The position numbers were made by a program, and so were the translations under genes. Positions 48,322 to 59,046 of a DNA stretch of 64,000 bases are shown piece by piece. Below the pieces are notes generated by a model that was not told where the DNA came from, did no database searches, and saw only the letters and a list, made by a program, of their open reading frames with translations. This DNA is from a virus, in IMG/VR virus record IMGVR_UViG_3300006037_000005, positions 62,599 to 126,598 of that record, one strand, 5' to 3'. Each line of letters opens with the position of its first letter. Position 1 is the first letter of the stretch.

Positions 48322-48923
48322 TTTTTTGATGATAAAGCACCTGCTTCGTGCATAGATACACCATTCTTGAAAAGATAACTCAAATGTTCATATTGTTTTT
48401 TTGAACATTTCTTTTCTTTTATTATCTCTTTGACTATATTTGTGAAAAATCTGTTATTCACATTATTGTTGTATTTGTTAGGTAAAGAATTGAATTTCTT
48501 AACAATATCTGAAATTTGTGTACTAGAAAATGTAATAATTTCCTTATCTGCGGCAATTCTTTTTGGTGTTTCTTGTTTCAAATCAGAAATTATGGTAGTA
48601 CTAACGGGAGCAAAATTGAGATTTTCAAAATTGTTGTATTTACAATATAATCTTTCACACTTAGGGCAAAATTCAAGAGAGGTCAATTTGTTGTTTGAAC
48701 AATAAAAGACAAAGCATTCTCTTGGTGAACCTTTTAAAGAAATTAGTTTATTCACACTACAATTGAAAAATCCATCAACAATACCGAATTGAACTGGTAT
48801 CTCTCTTAAATTTCTGTGTGAAATATCAACATTTCCTTTAACATCGATAGTTAAATCCTTGTTGATTGTGTAATTTCTGACACCATTGCTATCTAACCAA
48901 TCTTTAATTTTCTCTCCTGTCAT
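48318..48923 (-). CDS. LRR family paralog with a different C-terminal module and no RLSKFR tag
   Basis: NYTINKDLTIDV...IPVQFG...SLKGSPREC. Confidence 0.8.
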   Translation of the reverse strand: MTGEKIKDWLDSNGVRNYTINKDLTIDVKGNVDISHRNLREIPVQFGIVDGFFNCSVNKLISLKGSPRECFVFYCSNNKLTSLEFCPKCERLYCKYNNFENLNFAPVSTTIISDLKQETPKRIAADKEIITFSSTQISDIVKKFNSLPNKYNNNVNNRFFTNIVKEIIKEKKCSKKQYEHLSYLFKNGVSMHEAGALSSKN

Positions 48924-49219
48924 ATATTTTCAGCAAGTTCCCCAGCACCAAGACTTTCCTTAATATCTTCTATATCAATCTCTATACCAAACAATTCACA
49001 CCATTCTTCCAAATTACCAATATCAGCACCAAATCTTTGGACCAAATAACATTTATATGGACTATCTGGCTGAACTTCTTGCAAGACAAAACCCTGTGTT
49101 TTTAGGACAGGATTCCTAAGCAATTTTATTACAGTATATTCTTTGCCTTTTTGTATCCAATTGGTTTTTTTAACACCTTCTGGTCTATTTGAATCATCTA
49201 TACATATAACCTTGCACAT
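48920..49219 (-). CDS. hypothetical protein
   Basis: KVICIDD...KG.EYTV pattern. Confidence 0.65.
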   Translation of the reverse strand: MCKVICIDDSNRPEGVKKTNWIQKGKEYTVIKLLRNPVLKTQGFVLQEVQPDSPYKCYLVQRFGADIGNLEEWCELFGIEIDIEDIKESLGAGELAENI

Positions 49220-49324
49220 AACCTTCTTTTATTCAAAATCTATAAATTATTATATCCAAAAACACTTTTGGTTACAAAACAAAAATTCTAACCTATATTA
49301 TATACTAAAAGTCCATAAAAGTAT

Positions 49325-51472
49325 ATGATAAATTCAACAGATCCAAGATTACTAACCTTCATAAGGTCTGGTATGTCTAAAGACATAGCATACATAGATG
49401 ATCCAACTTATCTTGGTTTTACTCTGTTATTTGATTTCGAAGATTCCATCTCAACAAGATATAGTTTTGAAAATTGCTCACCTCTTTTTTCAGAAGATCC
49501 GAATAGGAATTCTGCAATAAATTATCTCAAGAACATAGGGGAGACAGGCAGAGCAATTTTAATGAAATCTTTCAAAGAGAAATTAATAAAACTTAATCGT
49601 GAATTCCCATATTATTTCCAGAAGGTATCAGGTATTGGTGATATAAATTCATTTGTGAAGCATAATGCTACGGATGCAAAGATTACCATAGAAACTTTGG
49701 ATTCTATGGATTTTAGGGTGACTTCCATGATTGATGATTATATTAATGCAGTTTTTGATTTTACAAACAGAAGGCAAGTTGTTCCAGACAACCTTCTGAG
49801 ATTCAAGTTTTGTATTCAAATATCTGAAATCCGCAATATCAAAATATATTCTGCAGATACTAAAACCTTTGAAAATCTCAACACAAAGGAATCATATAAT
49901 GATGAGGTTGGAAACAAATTGAACATGATTATCCTTGAGTATGATTATTCCCTTTTCGATTTCAATGAATCAACTTCTTTTTCCGAAATTTTGAATACTG
50001 CACCAGATGCACATTCAAACATATTCTCCATATACCCAGGTAGACTTACTACAAGCAGAAAACTAAATTTTGCAAATTTCTTGAATCAAGTTGTTATAGA
50101 TTCAATAAAAGGATCTGATTTCAATTCAAATTCTGAGTATTCAACAACAGCCCTTTCTAAACCCAAAGAAGTTAATACATCGCTTCTGTCTAGAACACAA
50201 GACAGAATAAATTCAGACATAAATGGCTATATAGCAACAGCTTTATTGAAAAAACCCACTGGTAATTTAACACTTGAATCCTTGGCAGAAAGAGGTATAA
50301 ACGATGTTTTAAATCAGATAAAATATAAAATAAACAATCTTCTTCTTGGTAATATTTACACAAATACCAACACAAACGATTTATATTCTCAAATAAAAGA
50401 TTTTGTCGAAGCAAAAATAAAAAAACAAAATAAAAATGTTATAGATCCAATGACTTTACCAAATCTTGACTTAACAAAAGTATCAGATATAGGAAACATT
50501 GATAAAACTAAAAAATCAGATAATTCAATACAACAGAATTCAATAGAGGTAGGAAATCAAAGTTCAAACAAAATAAATAGAACATTATTACAATCCGATA
50601 TTTCAGACAACAGCATCAATTCAAAGATTATAGAGGATGCTGAAAAATCTGATAACAAGATACCCAATAAAATATTAGAAGAAACAGAATCAGATAATAG
50701 CATTGGTTCAAAATTTATTGAAAAATCTGACTCATCTGAAAATAAAATACCCTTAAAAATCGAATCTATATCAAAATCTGATAATAATATAGGTTCGAGA
50801 TTCATTGAGAAATCAGAATTGTCTGAAGATCAGATTTCCGACAAAGTTTTGAAAGAAACACAATCAGATAATAGCATTGGTTCAAAATTTATAGAAAATG
50901 CCAATATTTCAAATTCAAAAATTGCCGAAAAAATTGAAAGACAAGAGCCATCAAATTCAGAAATATCAAATAAAATTATTGAAAAATCAGAAAATTCTGA
51001 ATCTGGGATATCAAACAGAATCATAATAGATGAATCAATAACCAATAACAGTATTGATCAAAAATTCATCGAAAGATCAAAAAATTCTGATTCAAATATT
51101 GGTGTTCAAAATATTTTATCAAATGAACCAAGCGCTAAAAATCTTACCGATACAGATTTGGGTTTTTTTAATTTTGCCGTGTCTTCTGATTCAATTATAC
51201 CAAACAAAAAAATTGAAGAGGCACAGATATCTAAGAATGATATTCCAAATACCATAATTGGAGAAATGGAGCAATCAAAAAATTCTGAGCCAGCACAGAC
51301 AAATATTTTATCAAACGATAATCTTCTGAAATTATACATCAATAATATTGGTAATATAGAACAATCACCAATCGAGGAGATCATAAAAAGGGTAACTCTG
51401 GGTAGTCTCGGTAATGCAAGAGAAAGAAATGAAAGAGATAATAAAGATAACAAACCCCAAAATCAAGCTTGA
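49325..51472 (+). CDS. probable tail/baseplate structural protein with internal 14-15 aa repeats
   Basis: DDPTYLGF and P(Y)YFQ.VSG N-terminal region; S.NSI..K.IE repeats; position in a plus-strand structural cluster. Confidence 0.55.
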   Translation: MINSTDPRLLTFIRSGMSKDIAYIDDPTYLGFTLLFDFEDSISTRYSFENCSPLFSEDPNRNSAINYLKNIGETGRAILMKSFKEKLIKLNREFPYYFQKVSGIGDINSFVKHNATDAKITIETLDSMDFRVTSMIDDYINAVFDFTNRRQVVPDNLLRFKFCIQISEIRNIKIYSADTKTFENLNTKESYNDEVGNKLNMIILEYDYSLFDFNESTSFSEILNTAPDAHSNIFSIYPGRLTTSRKLNFANFLNQVVIDSIKGSDFNSNSEYSTTALSKPKEVNTSLLSRTQDRINSDINGYIATALLKKPTGNLTLESLAERGINDVLNQIKYKINNLLLGNIYTNTNTNDLYSQIKDFVEAKIKKQNKNVIDPMTLPNLDLTKVSDIGNIDKTKKSDNSIQQNSIEVGNQSSNKINRTLLQSDISDNSINSKIIEDAEKSDNKIPNKILEETESDNSIGSKFIEKSDSSENKIPLKIESISKSDNNIGSRFIEKSELSEDQISDKVLKETQSDNSIGSKFIENANISNSKIAEKIERQEPSNSEISNKIIEKSENSESGISNRIIIDESITNNSIDQKFIERSKNSDSNIGVQNILSNEPSAKNLTDTDLGFFNFAVSSDSIIPNKKIEEAQISKNDIPNTIIGEMEQSKNSEPAQTNILSNDNLLKLYINNIGNIEQSPIEEIIKRVTLGSLGNARERNERDNKDNKPQNQA

Positions 51473-52805
51473 TGAGATTTTTGTGGATGATGCTTTTGAA
51501 GGCACAGCAGATCCATCAATATATTCTGATAAAAAATATTACAAGGCTTATGGTGTTTATGCACCAATGGCATCCATAAACAAATATGTTATGGGGAAGA
51601 ACGATATAATAAGTCTTGTGATAGATTCTTCGTCTTTCTTACCAACAGTTAACATGACATTCGTTGATAAAACTGGTGTATTCTCTTCTAAATATTTTCC
51701 TTTAGATGGTGATGTTGTTTCTATTCATATTAGAACACAAAATAATAAATATAAAGGTGTCAGATGTGATTTTGAAATAATAAAAATATCTGGTACACAA
51801 TCAGCATCTGACAAATTAACAGGTTCAACATATTCATTGCAAGGTGTTATGAAAATACCAAATTTGTTTGTTGACCAATGTTTCTCTTGGTCCAATTCAA
51901 CTTCATTTGATGCTCTGCTAAATACTTCAAAATTGCTTGAACTTGGCTTCGCTTCAAATGAAACAAAAACCAATGATAAACAAAATTGGATTTGTCCTTT
52001 CTCAAACACCAAAAATTTCATAGAAAAAACAACCTTGCATTCGTATTTAAATGATAACTCTTTTTTCACAACATATGTTGATACAAATTATCATTTAAAT
52101 TTCGTTAATGTGAATGATATTTTTCAGATTGATGCAGAGCCAATTTATGTTGACTATGTTGATTTATTCAAAACAGAAGATCAAGTGAATGATAAAAATA
52201 TAGAAACCGATACTGCACCATTAATACTTAGTAATGCACCATCTTATACAAGATCGCCAAATTATGTGGCTTCTATATCTATTTTCAACAATTCTGGTGA
52301 TGTGAACATAAGAAATGGTTACAGGAGATACATCCAATACTATGATGCCTCGAATATAAAATATGTTGAAAATTTCATAGAATCCTTCACCACAGATGGT
52401 GCAGAAACAAAGAAAACCAATAAAGGCAGAGAAGATGAAGATTATACAAAAAGATTAAAATATAAATATGTTGGTGAGATCGATGATGATAATGTTCATA
52501 AAAATTATAGGTACGCAAGTATTCTAAATTATCAAAATTTAGAAGATATAAATAAGACTGGTATCACAGTCGATTTACCAACATTCAACCCAACATTAAG
52601 GAGATTCATGGTAATACCCGTTGCAATATTCCACTCTTATAATGAATCATTATCGAAATCAAACAACACCAAGACAGATCAAACAGCTTCAGTGGACAAT
52701 TTTTTGTCTGGTGATTATATAATAAAAGATATCAAAATAATCTATGATGGTATTAACACTTATCAAAGGCTTATTTTGGTTAGGAGAGAATGGCAAAAAG
52801 ATTAA
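51429..52805 (+). CDS. probable baseplate hub/tail protein
   Basis: FLP...M.F.D, D....LNF and LSG.Y.I..I patterns typical of gp27/GPD-like hubs. Confidence 0.55.
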   Translation: MKEIIKITNPKIKLDEIFVDDAFEGTADPSIYSDKKYYKAYGVYAPMASINKYVMGKNDIISLVIDSSSFLPTVNMTFVDKTGVFSSKYFPLDGDVVSIHIRTQNNKYKGVRCDFEIIKISGTQSASDKLTGSTYSLQGVMKIPNLFVDQCFSWSNSTSFDALLNTSKLLELGFASNETKTNDKQNWICPFSNTKNFIEKTTLHSYLNDNSFFTTYVDTNYHLNFVNVNDIFQIDAEPIYVDYVDLFKTEDQVNDKNIETDTAPLILSNAPSYTRSPNYVASISIFNNSGDVNIRNGYRRYIQYYDASNIKYVENFIESFTTDGAETKKTNKGREDEDYTKRLKYKYVGEIDDDNVHKNYRYASILNYQNLEDINKTGITVDLPTFNPTLRRFMVIPVAIFHSYNESLSKSNNTKTDQTASVDNFLSGDYIIKDIKIIYDGINTYQRLILVRREWQKD

Positions 52806-52811
52806 TATATT

Positions 52812-54710
52812 ATGGCTGGACCAAAGGACACCAAATCATCTGAAAACAGAAACAAAAAAGGTAATATAGCTGCACAGAAACACAGTAATTTTAAAAAGCC
52901 AGATTTAAAATCATCTTTACAAGATAGAACTGGTGCTATAACAAAAGATACTGTTGATTCTTCGAAATTCAATAAATCCATTGATTATTCAAATCGTGAT
53001 ATTGCAAACAACCCAGCTATAGTAAGACAGATGAATTCTGTTCAGGATAAAAATCTTGCCTATGCCTATGATGATATGAAAGAAGTTGATAAAGCACCAG
53101 CAAACACAAAAGGTGCACCATCAATATTCAATGATCTTGCCATTGTTGTTCACAGACAATACAATAATAAAAATGACTTCTTTGATACAGATGGTAAATC
53201 TGGACCATATGATAAAGCATCAAGAGAATATACGATAGATTCCTTGCTAAGAGATTTCCCATCAAAAAATGAGAAAATTGATTCAAAAGGAACTGTTCAA
53301 AATGTAGTCAGTACAAAGCCATATTTCAGATCTGATTTTCTCATGACCAAATGGTCAAGGATTCTTCCTATAAATCACATGATCACACTGAGAAGATTTC
53401 CATTCCCAACTTATGATAATTTGAAATTCGATGGTGGCAGACAATTTAAGCCAATAGCACAGGCAGTGGCATATTTTGGTGCTGACACCGAGAATTCATT
53501 AGCAGAATTATCCAAATTTGCTGGTGGTATAAATTGGGAAAAATTTGAAGCCAAAGAAAATGAAGTCGAAGGTAATGAAAAAGGATTTGATGATACACCT
53601 TTCATGGACGATTTGAAAGTATCTAAAATGAAGATACCTTTTACTGGTAAATCTGTGAATGGTAATACAGTGGCGCAAGGGTTAAAACATGCTACTGGTC
53701 TTGAACAATCAAGGGGGCAAACAGGCCTGTTTGATTTGGATCAACAAGATAGACTTCGAATGGCTCAAGATATAAATTACACAAACAAAGTTCTTGGTCC
53801 GGTGAATGTTATAACTTCCACACATATTAGAGCAAGAGGTATACAAGCAGATCAACAACAGATATCTGTTACTTTCGAGTATGATTTGGGTTCTTACAAT
53901 GGAATGAATCCGAAGATAGCCATGCTTGATCTTATGTGCAATATGCTTGCACTCTGTTATAACAATGCTAAATTTTGGGGTGGTGTTAACAGATATTATC
54001 CAGATTTAAAAGCACAACAGCATTCTTTCCTTGGTGATCAAAGCAAATTCTATTCTGGTGATTATGCTGGATATATAAGCACCGTTGTTAAACAACTTGG
54101 TGATACTGCAGGTGGTGGTGGTATGAATATGCTTGGTGGTATGATACAAAATGTATTAAATGGTGATTTCAGAGGAGCATTGAACAGCCTTGGTAGTGTA
54201 GCCAAAGGTATAGGGAATTACATGGGTGATTTACAAAGAGCAAAATCAAGACCAAAAGTACTTGGTTTTAAGGCACTTTTGACTGGATTACCAATAGGTG
54301 AGTGGCACATGGTTGTGGGTAATCCATATAAACCTATCATGACAATGGGTAATTTGATCTGTGAAAGTTTTGATTTTTCATATGATGGTGAACTTTCTGT
54401 TGACGATTTCCCAACAAAATTGAAATTCATTATAAATCTTAAACATGGGAGGCCTCGTGATAAGGGAGATTTGGAATCGATATTCGCTGAAGGACAAAGA
54501 ATTTATCATCCATCTAAAGGTGTAGCCGATGTAGCTAATATGTCTGCCGCTACCGAAACTGTATTTACTAAGAAATCGTCAACATCAAAGGTTGGCAATG
54601 ATAAAAATAAAAATTATTTTGGCAAGGAAAAATCTGCACCACCCTTAATGGTTGCACATGGTAATCAAAGTTTGGAATTCATGAAATTTGCGAACGGTAC
54701 AACCTATTGA
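52812..54710 (+). CDS. probable tail tube initiator/baseplate protein
   Basis: ITLRRFP, F.Y.L, and WH..VGNP..PI..MGNLIC...DDFP pattern; operon context. Confidence 0.5.
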   Translation: MAGPKDTKSSENRNKKGNIAAQKHSNFKKPDLKSSLQDRTGAITKDTVDSSKFNKSIDYSNRDIANNPAIVRQMNSVQDKNLAYAYDDMKEVDKAPANTKGAPSIFNDLAIVVHRQYNNKNDFFDTDGKSGPYDKASREYTIDSLLRDFPSKNEKIDSKGTVQNVVSTKPYFRSDFLMTKWSRILPINHMITLRRFPFPTYDNLKFDGGRQFKPIAQAVAYFGADTENSLAELSKFAGGINWEKFEAKENEVEGNEKGFDDTPFMDDLKVSKMKIPFTGKSVNGNTVAQGLKHATGLEQSRGQTGLFDLDQQDRLRMAQDINYTNKVLGPVNVITSTHIRARGIQADQQQISVTFEYDLGSYNGMNPKIAMLDLMCNMLALCYNNAKFWGGVNRYYPDLKAQQHSFLGDQSKFYSGDYAGYISTVVKQLGDTAGGGGMNMLGGMIQNVLNGDFRGALNSLGSVAKGIGNYMGDLQRAKSRPKVLGFKALLTGLPIGEWHMVVGNPYKPIMTMGNLICESFDFSYDGELSVDDFPTKLKFIINLKHGRPRDKGDLESIFAEGQRIYHPSKGVADVANMSAATETVFTKKSSTSKVGNDKNKNYFGKEKSAPPLMVAHGNQSLEFMKFANGTTY

Positions 54711-55237
54711 TGATTTACACCCAATGCCATTAGTAAAGCTTGTTTTAATCCATCTTCTAAAGCATCTTCATAAGATTTAAATGATGGATTAAAACATTCT
54801 TGATTCTCATCTCTGTCCTCTCCACATTGATTAAAGCTAGACCAATCCAACAATTGACATGGGTTTGTTCTAATGATTTGGAAAGAAAAACCATCTCTCC
54901 TAAAACTATCATAACCACATTTTTCTCTAAATATTGGTAGAACATAAACCTCAATATTATGAAAATCTCTAAGCCATGTCTGTAATGAAGTTTGTGTTGG
55001 TCTAAGATAATAGTCTTCTCTGCTACAGTCTTCTACTTGTATTTCACATTCTTTAAATGTAGACAAATCAAGATGACCATTATCATCAGTTTCACAATAG
55101 AATCCATTCACATATGTTGGATCTGAAGATCCAAACATGAATTCCAGTTTTTTAGCTAAAACAGATGTCTGAAATTCAATACGTCTTTCGTGATTCAAAT
55201 AATTATTAGATATATCTTTCATGATTCCAGTTATCAT
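54704..55237 (-). CDS. hypothetical phage protein
   Basis: PTQ..LQ.WLR...I.V and YE.ALE.GL pattern. Confidence 0.7.
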   Translation of the reverse strand: MITGIMKDISNNYLNHERRIEFQTSVLAKKLEFMFGSSDPTYVNGFYCETDDNGHLDLSTFKECEIQVEDCSREDYYLRPTQTSLQTWLRDFHNIEVYVLPIFREKCGYDSFRRDGFSFQIIRTNPCQLLDWSSFNQCGEDRDENQECFNPSFKSYEDALEDGLKQALLMALGVNHQ

Positions 55238-55305
55238 TATCTATTTAGTGAGCATTTTCAAGCGCATATATTTACTTATCTTCCTAACTACAATACCGAT
55301 TTTTA

Positions 55306-56037
55306 TCATATTGTTTTAAGAAATTTATACAAATTCAAATTCCATTTTGCATCATCAAGAGCATTATGTTCATTATCCTGTTTAGGATAATCTTCTCTTG
55401 ATTTCAAATCATATAAATATTTGTTGTCTTCAATCCCTCTAGATATACGCTCATTGTTTTCTTGTGTACCAGCAGATGCTTTTTCATCAAACGTCTGTTT
55501 CAAATCTCTACAATACATTGGAAACCCATTTGGTAAATCTATCATTCTACCAAACAAGAAACAAAATACCACCCAATCATATGAACAATAGTAAGCATAA
55601 AATTCTACATCCTTGAATTTAAAACTCGGTTTGAACAAATCTGCTGGACTTAAATCTTCATCTTCATTATATGCAACGAATTCTTTTATCTCTTTTGCTA
55701 TAATTTCATTGGTCTTACCAAATTTATTAATCAAAAATCTGAAATCTTCAATACAAAATATGATTCTGTTGTCCCTTCCGAATTCTTTTAATTTTGTATC
55801 ATAAGATATATGTGAGTACAATTCATACAACTCATCAAAGATTGATTTTAATACATTTTCTTTTAACCAATCATTTTTCCAAGCTTTTTCAATATCGAAA
55901 TCTTTAGATATCGAATAATATTCTTTGTTATTTTCTGCAACAATACCTATCGAGATAAGTTCTATTGTGTGAACTGATCTACCCATGAGAGGTTTTGACT
56001 TGTATTCATGAAATTCAGTATCGAAGAAATATTTCAT
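55306..56037 (-). CDS. DEDDh 3'-5' exonuclease (Rv2179c-like)
   Basis: FFDTEF, LISIGIV, YDWV and HNALDDA motifs. Confidence 0.88.
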   Translation of the reverse strand: MKYFFDTEFHEYKSKPLMGRSVHTIELISIGIVAENNKEYYSISKDFDIEKAWKNDWLKENVLKSIFDELYELYSHISYDTKLKEFGRDNRIIFCIEDFRFLINKFGKTNEIIAKEIKEFVAYNEDEDLSPADLFKPSFKFKDVEFYAYYCSYDWVVFCFLFGRMIDLPNGFPMYCRDLKQTFDEKASAGTQENNERISRGIEDNKYLYDLKSREDYPKQDNEHNALDDAKWNLNLYKFLKTI

Positions 56038-56306
56038 TTTTGATTATTTATTATATCTATAATTCCTTTGTTGAATTTATCGTTTTTCCAAATTGTCACA
56101 CATGAACTCCATTTTGTTTCAAACATGGATGTTGTTACCATGACAATACGATTTTCATCACCGTCTTGTCTTATTTGAAAGTCACAATTTGAAGTATATG
56201 TACCAACAAAATCACCATCATCTGTGTAAATATTAAAACGAGCACCATATGGCAAAATTCCTATCACATGGTGCAAAATATCTTGTAAATATCCTATATC
56301 AGTCAT
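56034..56306 (-). CDS. hypothetical protein
   Basis: ORF with ATGA overlaps. Confidence 0.6.
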   Translation of the reverse strand: MTDIGYLQDILHHVIGILPYGARFNIYTDDGDFVGTYTSNCDFQIRQDGDENRIVMVTTSMFETKWSSCVTIWKNDKFNKGIIDIINNQK

Positions 56307-57847
56307 GCCGTTTTATTTTTCTTTTTCTCAAGAAGTTCCTTCATATTTTTGATATCCACCTCAATCTCATCGGCATTTTTACCTGCCTCAACTCTACCAA
56401 AAAATAAATCAAAAATTATTTCTCTCATAACAGAAGATTTTTCTTTTGTGAATATTGCTCCAGACACAGAATTTACCATTGTATCATCAATATTTTGCCT
56501 TGTACCATCTTTGTGGGAAATATAGGTCTTTGAATTTTCTTCTCTCATACCAAGATAGGTATCTAGACCAGAATTTACCATCATTTTTATTGATGGAAAC
56601 AAACTCTGAAAATCCCAACCACAAACATATTTGAATTTACCAGGCATTGGTTCTTTCACATAACCACCAGCATAAGATTCATCATCATCCCCTTTGAAGA
56701 AGTCGTATTCAACTTCATCCATTTCTTCTTTATACCCTTCATCATAATCTGTTACGATTACCATATTTTTGGCATAAAGTTTCTTCACCAAGAGTGCTTC
56801 GATTGTTTTAGAAGCATACAAACCATTATCGATTTCTGTATTTGCCACAAAAGCAATGGATCTCAATGAATCGAAACTGTTTATTTTTTCATCTATTAAA
56901 GAGACTATTATGGCATCAACAGCATTATAGAAAATATAAGTTTCAAAATCGTTTTGATAAAGTTCTGTTAAAGTACCATTGTATTCAACTTTCTTAACAC
57001 CAAAAAGTTCATTTGCAACCCAATCAAGTTTTGATGATTCTTTGATAGCGACAGATGTATCAAATTTTTCATACATTGCCTGATAGTCGGTTATAAGTCT
57101 ATGAACAGGAAACTTCGTTTTAACGCCTTCACCTTTTTTAGCGAATTTCCTTTTCAGAAGGGAATTCTTCATCTTTCCTGTTGGTGATACCACAGAGACA
57201 TCAAGCTTGAGTTTTTCTGCTCTAGCTATAATATATGCCCAGTCAAATGGTTTAAAATTCCAACCACTTATAAAAGGCATTCTCGGTATATCATTTCTTA
57301 GGAGATCAAGAATCATGAGTTCTTCGGAAGTGTAATAACGATACTCCCATCTGAAAGTTCTGTTTAGTTGTTTAAAATGAGCATCAATTCTCGCTTGTAT
57401 CTTTTCTATTTGAAGACCAGTCAATTTCACAAGACCAGTAGAAGTTGCTACCTTTGTTTTTTGGCTATAGAAGGTGTTGGTTAGGATTTGTTCTATCGGG
57501 TTCTCCATCAATTCTTGGATTTTGAGTCCGTGTGTCATTGATGTTTCAATATCCATAAACCATTTATCAACCTTGTGGAATTTGAAAAGAGTTGATTTTA
57601 TTTCATCTGGTAACCTCTGTATCAATTCTGTTACTCTGTGTTGGGTAAGATATTTAGTTTTTATTTTTTTAATAGCCTTCTCATCATGAGAAAGCATTGA
57701 TGTACTTCTACTTGGATCTTTTTCTGAGCAATAAACCCATTTATAAAATTCTGATTCTGGTATTTGTATTTTATGGAATCCAATAGAACCATCCTCTTTT
57801 ATATAAGAGATAATAAGCTGATCTTTTATCTGTTCTGAATTTATCAT
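56303..57847 (-). CDS. family B DNA polymerase, N-terminal subunit (3'-5' exonuclease plus motif A)
   Basis: DIET, GWN...FD, YN..D, GGYVKEP and DFQSLFPS motifs. Confidence 0.9.
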   Translation of the reverse strand: MINSEQIKDQLIISYIKEDGSIGFHKIQIPESEFYKWVYCSEKDPSRSTSMLSHDEKAIKKIKTKYLTQHRVTELIQRLPDEIKSTLFKFHKVDKWFMDIETSMTHGLKIQELMENPIEQILTNTFYSQKTKVATSTGLVKLTGLQIEKIQARIDAHFKQLNRTFRWEYRYYTSEELMILDLLRNDIPRMPFISGWNFKPFDWAYIIARAEKLKLDVSVVSPTGKMKNSLLKRKFAKKGEGVKTKFPVHRLITDYQAMYEKFDTSVAIKESSKLDWVANELFGVKKVEYNGTLTELYQNDFETYIFYNAVDAIIVSLIDEKINSFDSLRSIAFVANTEIDNGLYASKTIEALLVKKLYAKNMVIVTDYDEGYKEEMDEVEYDFFKGDDDESYAGGYVKEPMPGKFKYVCGWDFQSLFPSIKMMVNSGLDTYLGMREENSKTYISHKDGTRQNIDDTMVNSVSGAIFTKEKSSVMREIIFDLFFGRVEAGKNADEIEVDIKNMKELLEKKKNKTA

Positions 57848-57850
57848 CTT

Positions 57851-59044
57851 TTAAAATAATGATGGGAATAATATCAAGTTTCTATCCAACTCCATTAAAT
57901 TCATAGATTTTAGGATATTGTTTATTGGAGCAAGTATTAATTTTTCGAATTGCAAATCATAATCAATATCCTTTGCAATTTCTATCGGATAAGTTCCTGG
58001 TAAAAAAGAGAAAGTTTCAATTTCATCATTTTTCGTATAGTAATACTTAACCCTATCACCAGATTGAATGAGTTGATATTTGTTTTTGTACTTCGTGTTG
58101 TACAAAAGATAGTTGTAAACTGCAGAACCTTTCGTATGTGGTTTACAATTTTTACCAATTTCAATGGCTGTTTTATCATTCAAGATAAAATCATAATAAT
58201 TTGAGATCCTCTCTGTTTTACAGATGTTGTCTATATCAGTGGTTTCAAATTCATTTCTCAAAGATAGAAGTATGTCTAAAAGTTTATTTTGATTGAACTC
58301 ATTGGATATGATGAACTTTATCATATCCTTGAGTTTGTTTCTGCAAAATTTTGGTATAGAGGATTGAGAGGTTTCAATCCCCTTGGTTTCAATTTTCTCC
58401 AATGACTTGAATCTATTGCCTTTCTTCCAAATAGTATCTTTGATATATTTTTTCTTGGCTAACCAGATAACAGATTCACAAATTTGTTCAAATACTAATT
58501 TGAAGGCTGGACTACCATCGGTTTTAATTTCAAATCCATTGAATTTCTTTACATAGGAAGATAAAGAATCAATTATGAAATTGTTGATTCGAAATTTACA
58601 AATATTTTGTATGAAATCAACAAAATCCAATTTTTGACCATCTTTCCAAACAATACCATCGTAAACTGAATCAAAAACAACAAAAACTGAATCTGTATCA
58701 AGATAATTAACAACATTGTGATGTATTCTTGATACAGATTCAATACCAATTCTGTTGTGCAATTCTGAATCTCTATACCAGATTTCTTTGAAATAATGAT
58801 TGAAAACCCTTTCTGTATATTGGATTATATCTTGTGATTGTAAAGTTGTTGATTCCGCAATGTTTCTAAGATAGAAAGGGAATCTGTTAAACCCCTCAAC
58901 ACCATAGACAGAATTTAGAATAACTTTACAGCCTTGATCATAATTCCTATTAAAGAGTTTTGATGATTCAAGCCTCTGTATTTCATTCTCTATATCATCA
59001 ATGCTTGAATTTTCATCGACAGAAGAATGCTTGAATTCATACAT
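57851..59044 (-). CDS. family B DNA polymerase, C-terminal subunit (motifs B and C, thumb)
   Basis: KVILNSVYG, YLDTDS, KKKY and KGIE motifs. Confidence 0.9.
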   Translation of the reverse strand: MYEFKHSSVDENSSIDDIENEIQRLESSKLFNRNYDQGCKVILNSVYGVEGFNRFPFYLRNIAESTTLQSQDIIQYTERVFNHYFKEIWYRDSELHNRIGIESVSRIHHNVVNYLDTDSVFVVFDSVYDGIVWKDGQKLDFVDFIQNICKFRINNFIIDSLSSYVKKFNGFEIKTDGSPAFKLVFEQICESVIWLAKKKYIKDTIWKKGNRFKSLEKIETKGIETSQSSIPKFCRNKLKDMIKFIISNEFNQNKLLDILLSLRNEFETTDIDNICKTERISNYYDFILNDKTAIEIGKNCKPHTKGSAVYNYLLYNTKYKNKYQLIQSGDRVKYYYTKNDEIETFSFLPGTYPIEIAKDIDYDLQFEKLILAPINNILKSMNLMELDRNLILFPSLF

Positions 59045-59046
59045 TT

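Noticed and set aside
57847-57851. Intron, intein or frameshift artefact splitting the polymerase
   Set aside because: The halves are in reversed order with a 3-nt gap, so they cannot be joined by splicing or a single indel
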